A stretch of 64,000 nt of DNA from an uncultured Gemmatimonadales bacterium (GCA_963783305.1 CAWAMW010000016.1:288001-352000), one strand, 5' to 3'. Counted from the first letter of the stretch, positions 18,115-30,222 are shown. The notes: a model not told the origin generated them from the sequence alone. Made by a program: numbers and translations.

Positions 18115-20912
18115 GGCGGCGGGCGGCGGGCGTTCGAGGGCGACTCCTATTGCTGGCCCTGCTGGGCGCGCTGCCTGCCGGAGCTGCGGCCCAGTCCGTG
18201 ATCGTGGGGCACGTACTGGAGGCGCAGACGGAGGCGCCGATCGCGGGGGCGGCCGTGCAGGTCGAGGGGGTGCAGGGAGTGGTGCTGACGGACAGCGCGG
18301 GCCGGTACGTGCTGGCCCGCGTCCCGGCGGGTCCCCAGATGCTGCGGGTCGACCGGCTGGGTTATGCGACGGCGCGGGTGGCGGTGGTTGTCCCCGCCCG
18401 CGGCACGCTGCAGCAGGACGTGCGCATGGCCGAGACGGCGCTGGACATCGAGGGGATCGTGGTCACGGCCGACGTCGCGAGCCGCGCCCGGGGCGAGCTG
18501 GGCACCGCGAGCGTGGTGGGCGAGGACGCGATCCGTCAACAGACCGCGGTGAGCCTGGCGGGCGTGCTTGAGCTGGTGCCCGGGGCGCAGCTCGAGTCGC
18601 CCGGGCTCGAGTCGGTCTCGCAGGTGTCGCTCCGGGCCATTCCCACGTACGGGGCGGCGTCCACCACGAGCGGCACCAGCACCTCGGACCTGGCCAGCTT
18701 CGGGACGCTGATCGTGCTGGACGGCGTGCCGCAGACGAACAACGCGAACCTCCAGACGCTGGGATCCCGGGGCGAGCTGTCGTTCACGACCTCGGCGGGC
18801 GGCGGGATCGACCTGCGACGCATCCCCGCCGCGGCCATCGAGCGCGTCGAGGTGATCCGGGGCGTGCCCTCGGCCCGCTACGGCGACCTCACCCAGGGCG
18901 CCATCGTGGTGGACACGCGCACCGCGGCCATCCCGCCGGAGGTGATGGCCCGCTACGACGCCCGCAGCCTCGAGGTCTCGACGGTGGCGGGGCGGACGTT
19001 CGGCCGGGACGACCACGCCGGGTCGTTCACCATGGACATGGCGCGCACGCGGAGCCAGCCGGGTGTCTCCGACGATGAGACGCTCCGCGTGGCCGGCCAG
19101 CTCGCGCACCGCATCGCCGTCGGACCGTCCGGCGGCCTGGTGCTCGACACGCGGGTGGACGCGTTCCAGCTCGTGGACGACCGTCCGGAGGACCCGAACG
19201 TCCGGCCGGAGCGCTCCTCCTGGAGCCGGGACCGGGGGCTGCGCCTATCGGAACGGGCGCGACTCCGGCTGCCGTTCGACGCGCGCCTCACCTGGACGGC
19301 CTCCTACTCCCGACTCGAGCAGCGCTCGGTGGCCGCGTCGCCCCGGGTGCGCGGGCCGCAGCCGTTCACGGACCGGCTGACGCCGGGGCGGAGCGAGGGA
19401 CGGTTCGTCATCGGCCGCTACGAGTCGGAGCTCGCCATCGACGGGACGCCACATTTGCTGTTCTCGCGTCTCGAGCTCGCCGGCGAGCGGGACTGGCTGG
19501 GTCTGGCCCACGAGATCCGGATCGGGAACGAGCTGCGCCGGGAGTGGAACAGCGGGGCCGGGTACCAGTTCGACATGGAGTTCCCACCCCAGGTCACCTT
19601 CAACAGCGTTCAGGGCTACGACCGCCCCAGGTCGTACCACGATATTTCACCGCTCGTCCACACCGCGCTCTACATCGACGACCGCATGAGCCGCACGCTG
19701 CCGGGTGACGTGGTGATGAACCTGCAGGCGGGCTTCCGGGCGGACATGCTGCACGAGGGCGGCTGGTGGGCGTCGGGTGTGAGGGACGCGATCGTGCAGC
19801 CGCGCGTGAACCTGGAGCTGATCCCATGGCCGTGGCTGCGGCTCCGGGCGGGATGGGGTCGCACCGCGAAGACGCCCTCCCTCGCCCAGCTCTCTCCCTC
19901 GCCGCAGTACCACGACGTGGTGAACGTGAACTACTTCGCCAACGACCCGGCGGAGCGGCTGGCCGTGCTCACCACCAGCATCAAGGACCCCACCAACCCG
20001 GAGCTGGGTTTCTCCCGGGCGACGAAGCGGGAGGCGGGGCTCGAGCTCGCGCTGGGCGGGACGACCGTACAGATCGTGGGGTTCTCCGATCGGATCGATG
20101 GCGGCATCGGACAGCGCCAGGATCTCGACACGGTGCTGAGGGACCGATACGAGCTCACCGACAGCATCCTCGGCAACGGGATCCCCCCGACCATCATCGA
20201 GCCGCCCTACCGGACGGACACCATTCCGGTGCTCGTAGGACGCCCCGACCACATCCTGACCCTCGAGAGCCGGGGCCTGGAGCTCACGGCGCTCCTGCCG
20301 GAGTTCCGGCCGCTGCGCACCCGCCTGCAGGTGCAGGGCGCGGTGATCCGGACACGCCAGACCACCACCGGCGTCTATTATGGCCGTGGCGAGAGGTTCT
20401 CCGACTTCCAGCTGCTGGAAGGGATCCAGCGGATCCCGTACTGGGAGGGCGGCGCGGAAGAGAGCGAGCGGGCCCTCGTGACATACCGCCTCATCCACCA
20501 TCAGCCGGAGCTGGGTTTCGTGATCACCGGTGTCATCCAGCACAACATCCACGACTGGAGCGGTGCGGCCACGGCGACCGACACCCTCGCCTTCGATGGG
20601 TACGTGAACCGCCGGGGCGAGCGCGTGCCCGTGCCCCGGGAGGATCGGGCCGCGCCCGAGTATGCCGACCTCCGGGTCCCCCGGAGCGGGGTCCTCACGG
20701 AGCTCCGGGCGACGCCGGGGGACTGGATGCTGGGGCTCCAGGCCAGCAAGACGCTCCCCCTCGACGGCCGCCTCAGCTTCTGGGTCTACAACCTCTTCGA
20801 CAAACGGGGGATCTTCGGCGAGCTGGATGTGCAGCCCCGAACGTATGGCGCCATGCGGTTCGGGCTCGAGCTCAAGCTCGCCACCAGCGGGCTGACGGAG
20901 CTGCTCCAGTGA
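18111..20912 (+). CDS. TonB-dependent receptor with N-terminal carboxypeptidase-regulatory-like domain
   Basis: Signal peptide, TonB-box-like GIVVTA, plug motifs LELVPG and DLRRIP..IERVEVIRG..SARYG, NPEL, C-terminal FGLELKL; GTGA overlap with the upstream gene. Confidence 0.88.
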   Translation: MRRRAAGVRGRLLLLALLGALPAGAAAQSVIVGHVLEAQTEAPIAGAAVQVEGVQGVVLTDSAGRYVLARVPAGPQMLRVDRLGYATARVAVVVPARGTLQQDVRMAETALDIEGIVVTADVASRARGELGTASVVGEDAIRQQTAVSLAGVLELVPGAQLESPGLESVSQVSLRAIPTYGAASTTSGTSTSDLASFGTLIVLDGVPQTNNANLQTLGSRGELSFTTSAGGGIDLRRIPAAAIERVEVIRGVPSARYGDLTQGAIVVDTRTAAIPPEVMARYDARSLEVSTVAGRTFGRDDHAGSFTMDMARTRSQPGVSDDETLRVAGQLAHRIAVGPSGGLVLDTRVDAFQLVDDRPEDPNVRPERSSWSRDRGLRLSERARLRLPFDARLTWTASYSRLEQRSVAASPRVRGPQPFTDRLTPGRSEGRFVIGRYESELAIDGTPHLLFSRLELAGERDWLGLAHEIRIGNELRREWNSGAGYQFDMEFPPQVTFNSVQGYDRPRSYHDISPLVHTALYIDDRMSRTLPGDVVMNLQAGFRADMLHEGGWWASGVRDAIVQPRVNLELIPWPWLRLRAGWGRTAKTPSLAQLSPSPQYHDVVNVNYFANDPAERLAVLTTSIKDPTNPELGFSRATKREAGLELALGGTTVQIVGFSDRIDGGIGQRQDLDTVLRDRYELTDSILGNGIPPTIIEPPYRTDTIPVLVGRPDHILTLESRGLELTALLPEFRPLRTRLQVQGAVIRTRQTTTGVYYGRGERFSDFQLLEGIQRIPYWEGGAEESERALVTYRLIHHQPELGFVITGVIQHNIHDWSGAATATDTLAFDGYVNRRGERVPVPREDRAAPEYADLRVPRSGVLTELRATPGDWMLGLQASKTLPLDGRLSFWVYNLFDKRGIFGELDVQPRTYGAMRFGLELKLATSGLTELLQ

Positions 20913-22579
20913 TGCCTCGGAGCCGGGTCCGGGCGCGGCGCCCCGACGCTCTGCGGAGCGTGCTGGCGGCCGGCTGCGTCGTCGGCTGGCTTCTGAGCCC
21001 TGTCGGTGAGGCGGCGGCCCAGATGGTCCCGGCTACCGGGAGCGGGCCGGGGCCCGAGTCGTGGATGACCCGGTGGAGCCCCCTGACGCCGCTGGGCGAT
21101 CTCCCCCGCGGCATGCCCGGCGCCGCTCCCGGCACGCCGGGCCTGCTGCTCACGCCGGCGCCCCGAGCCAGCCTGTTCTGGAGCCTGGGCAACCCCGCGG
21201 CCCTCGCCACGGAGCCACTGGACGGGTGGAGCACCTATCGGGTGGGGGGCAGCAAGAGCGAGGGCGAGTACCGTCGGCCGCTGGATCCCGCCCGGGAGGA
21301 CCGGCTCCGGATCTCCGCGGAGGGCTGGAGCGAGGCGGGGAGCCGCAGCGCGGCGGCGGGGCGCGTCGTCCTCGACCGCGTTACGCACGGGGCGCCCGCC
21401 CTGGCCAACGTGGCCGCGCCCTACGGCAGCAGCCCCCTCGTTGTGCTGGACACCGCCCACTCCGACCTGGGCAGCACGGCCGCGCGCCTCGAGGGTGCGC
21501 TGGCCGTGGAGCTCGGCGCCTTCGGACTCGGCGTGGCCCTCGGCTTCGACGCACTGGAGACCCGGACGGTAGCCGCTCCCGTCCCGCAGGCCATCCGCGC
21601 CGCGGTGCCCGGCGCGACGGCAGGCGCGACCTGGAAGCCCCTCGGCTCGGACCGCTTCCAGGTCGGCGTCCACGGCCGCTGGCAGCACTCCATGCAGCGC
21701 ATCAACCTCTACTCCCTGGCCGCGCCGACCCGCGTGTATCACCTGGCGGGGTACGGGGAGATCCCGCCCGTCAACGTCGTCTCCACCTTCTATCGCCGCG
21801 AGATGGAGCGGACCAGCCGGGGCGCCGGAGCCGGGCTCCAGGCCCGACTGGCGGGCGCGCGCCTCATCGCCTTCGCGGAGCTTTCCGACGCCGAGGAAGA
21901 GCAGTCCACCATCGAGGTCAACGACCCGCCGCTGGACGTGTGGGCCGCCGACCAGCTACGGTTCGGAGCGGTCATGCAGCGGCGGTTCCTGGCCGATCAG
22001 CTCCTGATCCACGCCTCCGCCACACAGGCGGAGGTGACCGGACGGGCACGGCTCCACGAGCAGGACGACCGGGTCGTCTTCACCACCGACGAGAGCGCCC
22101 TCCACCTCTCCCTCGACACCCGGTTGGACCTCGACTCCTGGAGCTTCGGCGCCCGGCTGACCGGAGCCCGGCACTCCCGGACCGCCGTCGACTCCACCGT
22201 GAGCGCCCGGTCCGAGATCCGGAGCTGGACCACCGGCGGCTCACTGGAAGGAGCGCGGCGGCTCGGCCACGGCTTCTCCGCCGCCGCCGGGGCCGCCCTG
22301 AACCTCTACCGCGCCGCGGGCGCCATCCCGAACCCCCTCCATCTCGGCGAGTCCTACAACGCCTACGTGGGTCCCGAGCTCGCCCTCTACGGAAGCGACG
22401 CAACCGCCCGCGCCGGCACGTTCACGCTGCGCTGGGACCGGCCCGCCGGCGGACCCGGCGTCTTCCTTCACGCCCGCGCCGCCTCCGCGGTACCCGGGGA
22501 CGAGGCGGGGTTGCCCCTGGCACGGCGCGACGCTCGACGATCGGGGTGGAGCATCACGTTCGGGGCGATCGTGAGGTGA
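20912..22579 (+). CDS. DUF6850-like outer-membrane beta-barrel protein
   Basis: Signal peptide, GNPAAL motif, alternating amphipathic strands, terminal WSITFGAIV strand; position after DUF4876/TBDR genes; TGATG overlap. Confidence 0.6.
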   Translation: MPRSRVRARRPDALRSVLAAGCVVGWLLSPVGEAAAQMVPATGSGPGPESWMTRWSPLTPLGDLPRGMPGAAPGTPGLLLTPAPRASLFWSLGNPAALATEPLDGWSTYRVGGSKSEGEYRRPLDPAREDRLRISAEGWSEAGSRSAAAGRVVLDRVTHGAPALANVAAPYGSSPLVVLDTAHSDLGSTAARLEGALAVELGAFGLGVALGFDALETRTVAAPVPQAIRAAVPGATAGATWKPLGSDRFQVGVHGRWQHSMQRINLYSLAAPTRVYHLAGYGEIPPVNVVSTFYRREMERTSRGAGAGLQARLAGARLIAFAELSDAEEEQSTIEVNDPPLDVWAADQLRFGAVMQRRFLADQLLIHASATQAEVTGRARLHEQDDRVVFTTDESALHLSLDTRLDLDSWSFGARLTGARHSRTAVDSTVSARSEIRSWTTGGSLEGARRLGHGFSAAAGAALNLYRAAGAIPNPLHLGESYNAYVGPELALYGSDATARAGTFTLRWDRPAGGPGVFLHARAASAVPGDEAGLPLARRDARRSGWSITFGAIVR

Positions 22580-22663
22580 GGGTACGGCTCCCCTCCAGAA
22601 ACACGACCCCACTCGAATTGCGATCACCCTTGTCGCGCCTTGTGTTCCGCACTGCGCTCGACT

Positions 22664-22834
22664 CCGAAGTCGTTTATGAAGAAGATGAAGGACGCCTCGT
22701 TCGCCGCCGGTGTGGACCGCGACGACGTCCGCCATGGCGCCGAGCTCATCGGCATCGATTTCGACGACCACGTCGCCAATGTCATTGCCGCCATGCATGA
22801 CATTGGCGATGAGCTCGGGCTGAGCCGGGGGTAG
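22664..22834 (+). pseudogene. Displaced 3' fragment of the HD-domain gene (right copy of the direct repeat)
   Basis: Encodes PKSFMKKMKDASFAAGVDRDDVRHGAELIGIDFDDHVANVIAAMHDIGDELGLSRG*, homologous to the HD protein C-terminus; the 5' part is absent. Confidence 0.88.
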
Positions 22835-22843
22835 GAGCGCCGG

Positions 22844-25042
22844 CTACTCCAGGATCTCCGAAAACCGCAGGTCCTGCGCGGCCAGGGTGAAGACCACCGC
22901 CGGGAGCTCGCCGGCCAGCTTCTGGAGCCCGGCATAATAGTCGGTGAAGTTCGCAGACCCCGACGGCTCGGCGATGCCGAGGAAGACGAGGTCCGCGTCC
23001 GCCGAGGACTCGAGGAGGATCTCCCGGAAAGGTCGGCCGCCGGAGACCAGGACCTCCGGCCGGGCGCTCATTCGCAGCTGCCCGACCGTCGCCTCCAGGT
23101 TGCGCTTCGCGGCCTCCGCCGCCTGCTCGCTCGGCACCACCAGCTTCACGTGGATCTCGGCCGTCCCCCAGTGCGAGCTGCTCCGGAGCAGGTGGGCCAG
23201 GATGATCATCAGACCACCGTTCTGCTGGAGCCCGCCCCACCAGACGTCGATCCGCTCCCGCTCCCCGAAGCCACGCTCCGGGTCTGTCCGGAGGATGAGG
23301 ATGTTGCGGCGGGCACTGTGGAAGGACTGGAGCATCTCGCAGTAGCGGGTCCGGTTCTTCTCGTCCACGCTCGCCCCCAGGACGACGGTGTTCGGCACCA
23401 GCGGACCGAGCCCGTACGTCTCCACCAGCCGTTCGGCGCCCTCGAACACGTCCCGTGCCGTGGTCAGCCGGACCATGGCCTGCACCCCTCGTCGGCCCAG
23501 GTACTCGTGGATCGTGGACTCCAGCTTCTCCTGCTGCGCCGCATCACGGGAGCCCGTCGGAAGCACACTGGATACCGTGATGAGCCCGCGGCTGTGGGTC
23601 AGCGACGTCGAGAGGTCGATCAGGTGCCACCGGCGGCTGGGCGCGCCGGAGAGCACGAGGACGTGCGGCCGCCAGTTCTTCGTGTCCTCCGCCCGGGTCA
23701 TGCGGAAGAGCCCGGCCCGGATCATGGCCATCCAGACGCCCCGGCGAACATCGCCCCACGCCGATTCGAGCTCCCGGCGCTCGAGCCATATGAAGACGGT
23801 CAGGATGATGAGCGCCGCGGCCGCCGTCGCCCACGGGTTGATCAGGAACATGACCACGAGACAGCCGAGCGCTCCCAGGAGTGAGAGCGACCAGTGGACC
23901 CTGAACCCGGGCCGGAACGAGGGGCTGTTCAGGAGCCGCTCCACACCGGCCGCCACGTTCAGCACCATGTAGGTCGTGAGGAAGAACATGGTGAGGATCG
24001 GTGCGATGACGTTCAGGTCGCCCAGCATGACAGCGGCGAGGGCCACCACCAGGGTGACCGCCGTGCCCGTCCGGGGCTCGTCCTGCGGTCCGCTCCCCGC
24101 GCCCAGGAAGCCCAGCGAGCGGGGAAGCACCCGGTCGCGGGCGAGGGCCTGGAGGACCCGGGGCGCCGCCAGGATGCTGCCCACGGCGCTGGACAGCGTC
24201 GCACCCCAGACGCCCAGGAGGATGGCGTCGCCCCAGAAGGAGATGCGGCGCATGATGAGCGGGTCCTCGATCAGCGTGATCGCGTCCGCCCGGCTCGCCA
24301 GCAGGATGGGCAGGAGCATGTAGATCACGTAGCCGACCCCGATGGCCGCCAGCGTACCCCTCGGGATCGAGCGACCCGGATCCTTCAGGTCGCCGGACAT
24401 GTTCACCCCCGCCATGATCCCCGTTACGGCGGGGAAGAACACGGCGAAGACGACCCAGAACGACTCCGAGCGCGCGGCCGACGCGCCGTACATCTCGATC
24501 TCCGTCGCCTCCAGCGGCTTGCCGAAGACCAGCGACACGAGGGAAAGGACGATGGCGGCCATGATCACGTACTGGGCCTTGATGGCCACGGCCGCCGACT
24601 TGATGGCCAGGAGCGCCACACCGACCGTTACGATCAGGGCCACCCACTGCTGATCGACGTGCGGGAACGCTCGGGTCACGCTCTCGGCGAACCCCACCGT
24701 GTACAGCGCCACGCTCAGCGCCTGCGCGAAGTAGAGCGGGATCCCCACCGCCCCGCCCGTCTCGATCCCAAGCGACCGGCTGATCATGTAGTAGGCGCCG
24801 CCGATCCGGACGCGGCGGTCCGTGGCGATCATGCTGATGCTGAGGCCGGTCAGGAAGGTGATGCCCGTGGCCAGCGTGACGATGGCCAGCGCGCCGATGA
24901 GACCCACGTTTCCCACCACCCACCCGAACCGCAGGTACATGATGACGCCCAGGATGGTGAGGATCGACGGGGTGAAGACCCCACCGAACGTCCCGAGCCC
25001 CGTCTCGCTGCTGCCGACTACCCGCTCATCAGACTTCGACAT
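22844..25042 (-). CDS. Cation-chloride cotransporter (SLC12)-like APC-family transporter
   Basis: GVFTPSILTILGVIMYLRFGWVVG, GGAYYMISRSLG, FFPAVTGIMAG, KNWRPHVL and IDVWW..GGL motifs; start at the ATG at 25042. Confidence 0.88.
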   Translation of the reverse strand: MSKSDERVVGSSETGLGTFGGVFTPSILTILGVIMYLRFGWVVGNVGLIGALAIVTLATGITFLTGLSISMIATDRRVRIGGAYYMISRSLGIETGGAVGIPLYFAQALSVALYTVGFAESVTRAFPHVDQQWVALIVTVGVALLAIKSAAVAIKAQYVIMAAIVLSLVSLVFGKPLEATEIEMYGASAARSESFWVVFAVFFPAVTGIMAGVNMSGDLKDPGRSIPRGTLAAIGVGYVIYMLLPILLASRADAITLIEDPLIMRRISFWGDAILLGVWGATLSSAVGSILAAPRVLQALARDRVLPRSLGFLGAGSGPQDEPRTGTAVTLVVALAAVMLGDLNVIAPILTMFFLTTYMVLNVAAGVERLLNSPSFRPGFRVHWSLSLLGALGCLVVMFLINPWATAAAALIILTVFIWLERRELESAWGDVRRGVWMAMIRAGLFRMTRAEDTKNWRPHVLVLSGAPSRRWHLIDLSTSLTHSRGLITVSSVLPTGSRDAAQQEKLESTIHEYLGRRGVQAMVRLTTARDVFEGAERLVETYGLGPLVPNTVVLGASVDEKNRTRYCEMLQSFHSARRNILILRTDPERGFGERERIDVWWGGLQQNGGLMIILAHLLRSSSHWGTAEIHVKLVVPSEQAAEAAKRNLEATVGQLRMSARPEVLVSGGRPFREILLESSADADLVFLGIAEPSGSANFTDYYAGLQKLAGELPAVVFTLAAQDLRFSEILE

Positions 25043-25324
25043 AGGCGGATGAAGGTGCGGGTGCAGTTGAGTGAGGGGAAGGGGTCGCACGCCGCTCAGG
25101 CTCGCGATCACCCTCTCCGGCGGCGCCTGCCCCGGTGCGCACGAGGCGGGCGACATGGCGGCGCCGCTCGTCGCCATCCAGAAAATGGTCGAGCGCGGCG
25201 ACGACCGAGTGCGGCTGGAGGTGGTGGGCGGGCGTCGGATCCGCTCCACCCGCCGTGACGTTGCGGTCGACGGCGTGACCTGCGCCGCCTGGGGCCGGTT
25301 CGTGTTCGAGACCGGCGACGCGAT

Positions 25325-25390
25325 GCCAGAACCCGAACGCCAGGACCCGAACGCCAGGACCCGAACGCCAGGACCCGAACGCCAGGACCC
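25325..25390. repeat. Tandem array, about 4.7 x 14 bp (GCCAGGACCCGAAC)
   Basis: Units at 25325, 25339, 25353 and 25367, partial unit at 25381. Confidence 0.92.
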
Positions 25391-25692
25391 TGACCGGGGT
25401 CCATCAGGAGCGCATTGAAGGCCGCGCCCGGCGTGGCGGCTGATCTCGCGCGGTTGAGCGTTCCAGTCTTCAGCCGCCACGCCGCTCAGCGACGTCTGCG
25501 TTGCCGGGGAGCGGGCTGCGGCTGGGGGCGTTCAGCGGCGACGGCGCTAGGCGGCGTGAACGCTGAAATCGGGCCGGGCCGTCGCCGTACAATCAGCGCC
25601 GCCACCGCCGAGCGGACCGCCACCGCCGGGCGCCGCGACCTTGTCGCGAATCCGCGGCCCGGTCAGGCGGAGGGCTCCGTACCCGCGCATCC

Positions 25693-27881
<2,189 letters not shown>

Positions 27882-27885
<4 letters not shown>

Positions 27886-29255
27886 TCGCCCTCCGCTGCC
27901 TGGTCCGCGTCACCCTCGAGCCACCCGCCGCCGCCGGTCGGCGCACGCGGCGTCCCGATCACGTCCTCCTCCGGCGCCAGCTCCGGCCCCACCGGCCCGG
28001 TGATGAGCCGGGCCCCTCGCTGCCAGGTGAGATACGACCACCCCCACTGCAGCAGCACCGCCGCGCGGTTTCGGAAGCCGGCGAGGTACATGAGGTGGAT
28101 GAACAGCCAGATGAACCAGGCGAGTACGCCGTGGATGCTGACGTTCCAGACGCGTCCCACCGCCGCACCCCGACCGATGGTCGCTAGGCTCCCGCGGTCG
28201 CTGTAGACGAACGGCTTCCGCGGCTGACCGTCCAGATCGCGCCGGATGTTCCCCGCCGCCGCCTTCCCCTGCTGGATCGCTACGGGCGCGATCCCAGGCA
28301 GTGGCTCGCCGGTCTGGTGCGAGAAGCTCGCCATGTCGCCAATCACGAAGACGTCGGGATGGCCGGGCACCGTCAGGTCCGGCTCCACCGCGACGCGGCC
28401 GATCCGGTCCCTTCGCTCCGCCACGTCCCCCCCCAGCGGCGACGCCGCCACACCGGCCGACCAGACCACGTTCCGGGTGGGGATCCGCTCCTCGCCCACA
28501 TGGACGGCCGTGGGGGCGATGTCCGTCACCAGGGAGTCGAGTCGCACTTCCACACCCAGATCTTCCAGTTTCTTCTTCGCCTTCTCCGAGAGCGAAGGAG
28601 GATAGGTGGCGAGCAGACGCGGCCCGCCCTCCAGCAGGATCACCCGCGCGCTCGCCGGGTCCACCCGCTTGAAATCGCCCCCGGTCAGCGTATGCCGCGC
28701 GACCTCTGCGAACGCCCCCGCCATCTCCACACCTGTGGGGCCACCGCCCACCACCACGAACGTGAGGAGCGCCGTCCGCCGAGTCGCGTCCGGCTCCTGC
28801 TCCGCCGCCTCGAAACCCAGCAGGAACCGCCGCCGGATCTCCACCGCGTCCTCCAGCTTCTTCAGCCCCGGGGCCGACGCGGCCCACTCATCGTGGCCGA
28901 AGTACTGGTCCACCGCACCGGTCGCCAGGATCAGGTAGTCGTACCCGATCCGGTCGCCGTTCCCCATCACGACCGCGCGCGCCTCCACCTCCACCCCCGT
29001 CACCTCACCCAGTCGCACCTGCGCGTTCCCCTGCTTCCTCAGCACATGACGGATCGGTGCGGCGATCTCCGCCGGCGAAAGCGCCGCGGTCGCCACCTGG
29101 TAGAGGAGCGGCTGGAACAGGTGATGGTTCCTGCGGTCGATCACCGTCACCCGCACGGCGACGTCCCTCAGAGCTCGGGCTGCGTAGAGGCCGCCGAACC
29201 CCGCGCCAACGATCACCACGTGCGGCTCGGCGGGGGTCCTGCTGGAGTCGGGCAT
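27882..29255 (-). CDS. ndh: Type II NADH dehydrogenase (NDH-2)
   Basis: [48 protein letters not shown]. Confidence 0.9.
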
Positions 29256-29447
29256 GGGCGCGGTTCGGTTCGGGTACGGAGGACTTGCAATCCAGACGGC
29301 GATCTGGAACTGCATCCCGCACGGGCTCCGCGCCCGTGTCGGGCGGACACCCGCGGCTCGCAAACCCTGCGCCGGAGGCGCTTCGGCGCTGTCCGGCGCG
29401 GGGTATCCAGCGCGGCGGGATAGAATGGTCCAACGCGTCTCCGAGGC

Positions 29448-29696
29448 CACCGGCGTCACCGGCGTCACCGGCGCCTCCCGGGTCACCGACACCCCCGCGT
29501 TCACCGGCACCCCCGAGTTCACCGGCGCCCCCGGGTCACCGACACCCCCGGGTCACCGACACCCCCGAGTCACCGACACCCCCGCGTCCACCGGCGCCCC
29601 CGAGGTCACCGGCACCATCGAGGTCACCGGCACCCCCGAGTTCACCGGCACCATCGCGGTCACCGGCACCCCCGAGGTCACCGGCACCATCGCGGG
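29448..29696. repeat. Degenerate tandem array: 2 x 9 bp plus 13 x 17-18 bp (consensus CACCGGCACCCCCGAGGT)
   Basis: Parsed directly; no unique spacers. Confidence 0.9.
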
Positions 29697-29959
29697 CGAC
29701 CGCTGAAGGATTGACCTCGGTATTCGGGGGATAGGCTCAGTGCAGGGCGAACGCCGGTGGCGAGAGTGGAATATGCCTCGGATTCCGGGGGAATACCGGA
29801 AATCGGAGTTCAGGGGGACTACGGATGTCGAAATCGCCTCGGCGACCTCGCGCGCGGCCGCTGCTCAACGCCCGTTTCGGCCGCCAAGACTGGACTGTCT
29901 CCTGCGCGACTCCCGGTGCCGAACGACGTCGCGGTCCCGTCCGCTGCGTTGTTGCCGCC

Positions 29960-30222
29960 GGCGTTGAGGCCCACTCCACCGCAGCATGGATGCCGTGTAC
30001 GACAAGGCCAAGAAGCTCCTCATGATGGAGACGGCCGCGCTCACATCCCCCGCGCATGCCCCGCTACCTCGAGCCGGTCCTGAAGCGGGGGAGGACGGCG
30101 ACATCGACCTGTGGTCCGTGATCACCCACACCGAGCCGATGGAAAAAGGGCCGGATCTCTACCACACCTCCCGGGAGAAGGAGGACGGCTGCCTCGAGGT
30201 CGTCCTGAAGCCCGGCGGCTGA
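29960..30222 (+). pseudogene. Remnant of a zinc-dependent (YbdR/formaldehyde dehydrogenase-like) alcohol dehydrogenase
   Basis: Fragments GVEAHST, MDAVYDKAK..MMET and GDID...ITHT.PME.GPDLY....KEDGCL.VVLKP resemble the family's C-terminal half, with a frameshift and an internal deletion. Confidence 0.6.

Larger units (their letters stand above)
15684..22663. mobile_element. Genomic island inserted at the 3' end of the HD-domain gene (no integrase inside)
   Basis: Flanked by diverged duplicate gene 3' ends; visibly less GC-rich at 15.8-16.9 kb; accessory cargo. Confidence 0.65.

Noticed and set aside
19766..20911. 5' extension of the 937-aa ORF
   Set aside because: It overlaps the TonB receptor in another frame and is Arg/Pro/Gly-rich shadow sequence; the real gene starts near 20912.
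15513..22834. The 171-bp duplicate as a DGR template/variable repeat pair
   Set aside because: Differences are not confined to adenines; they are mostly synonymous or conservative changes.
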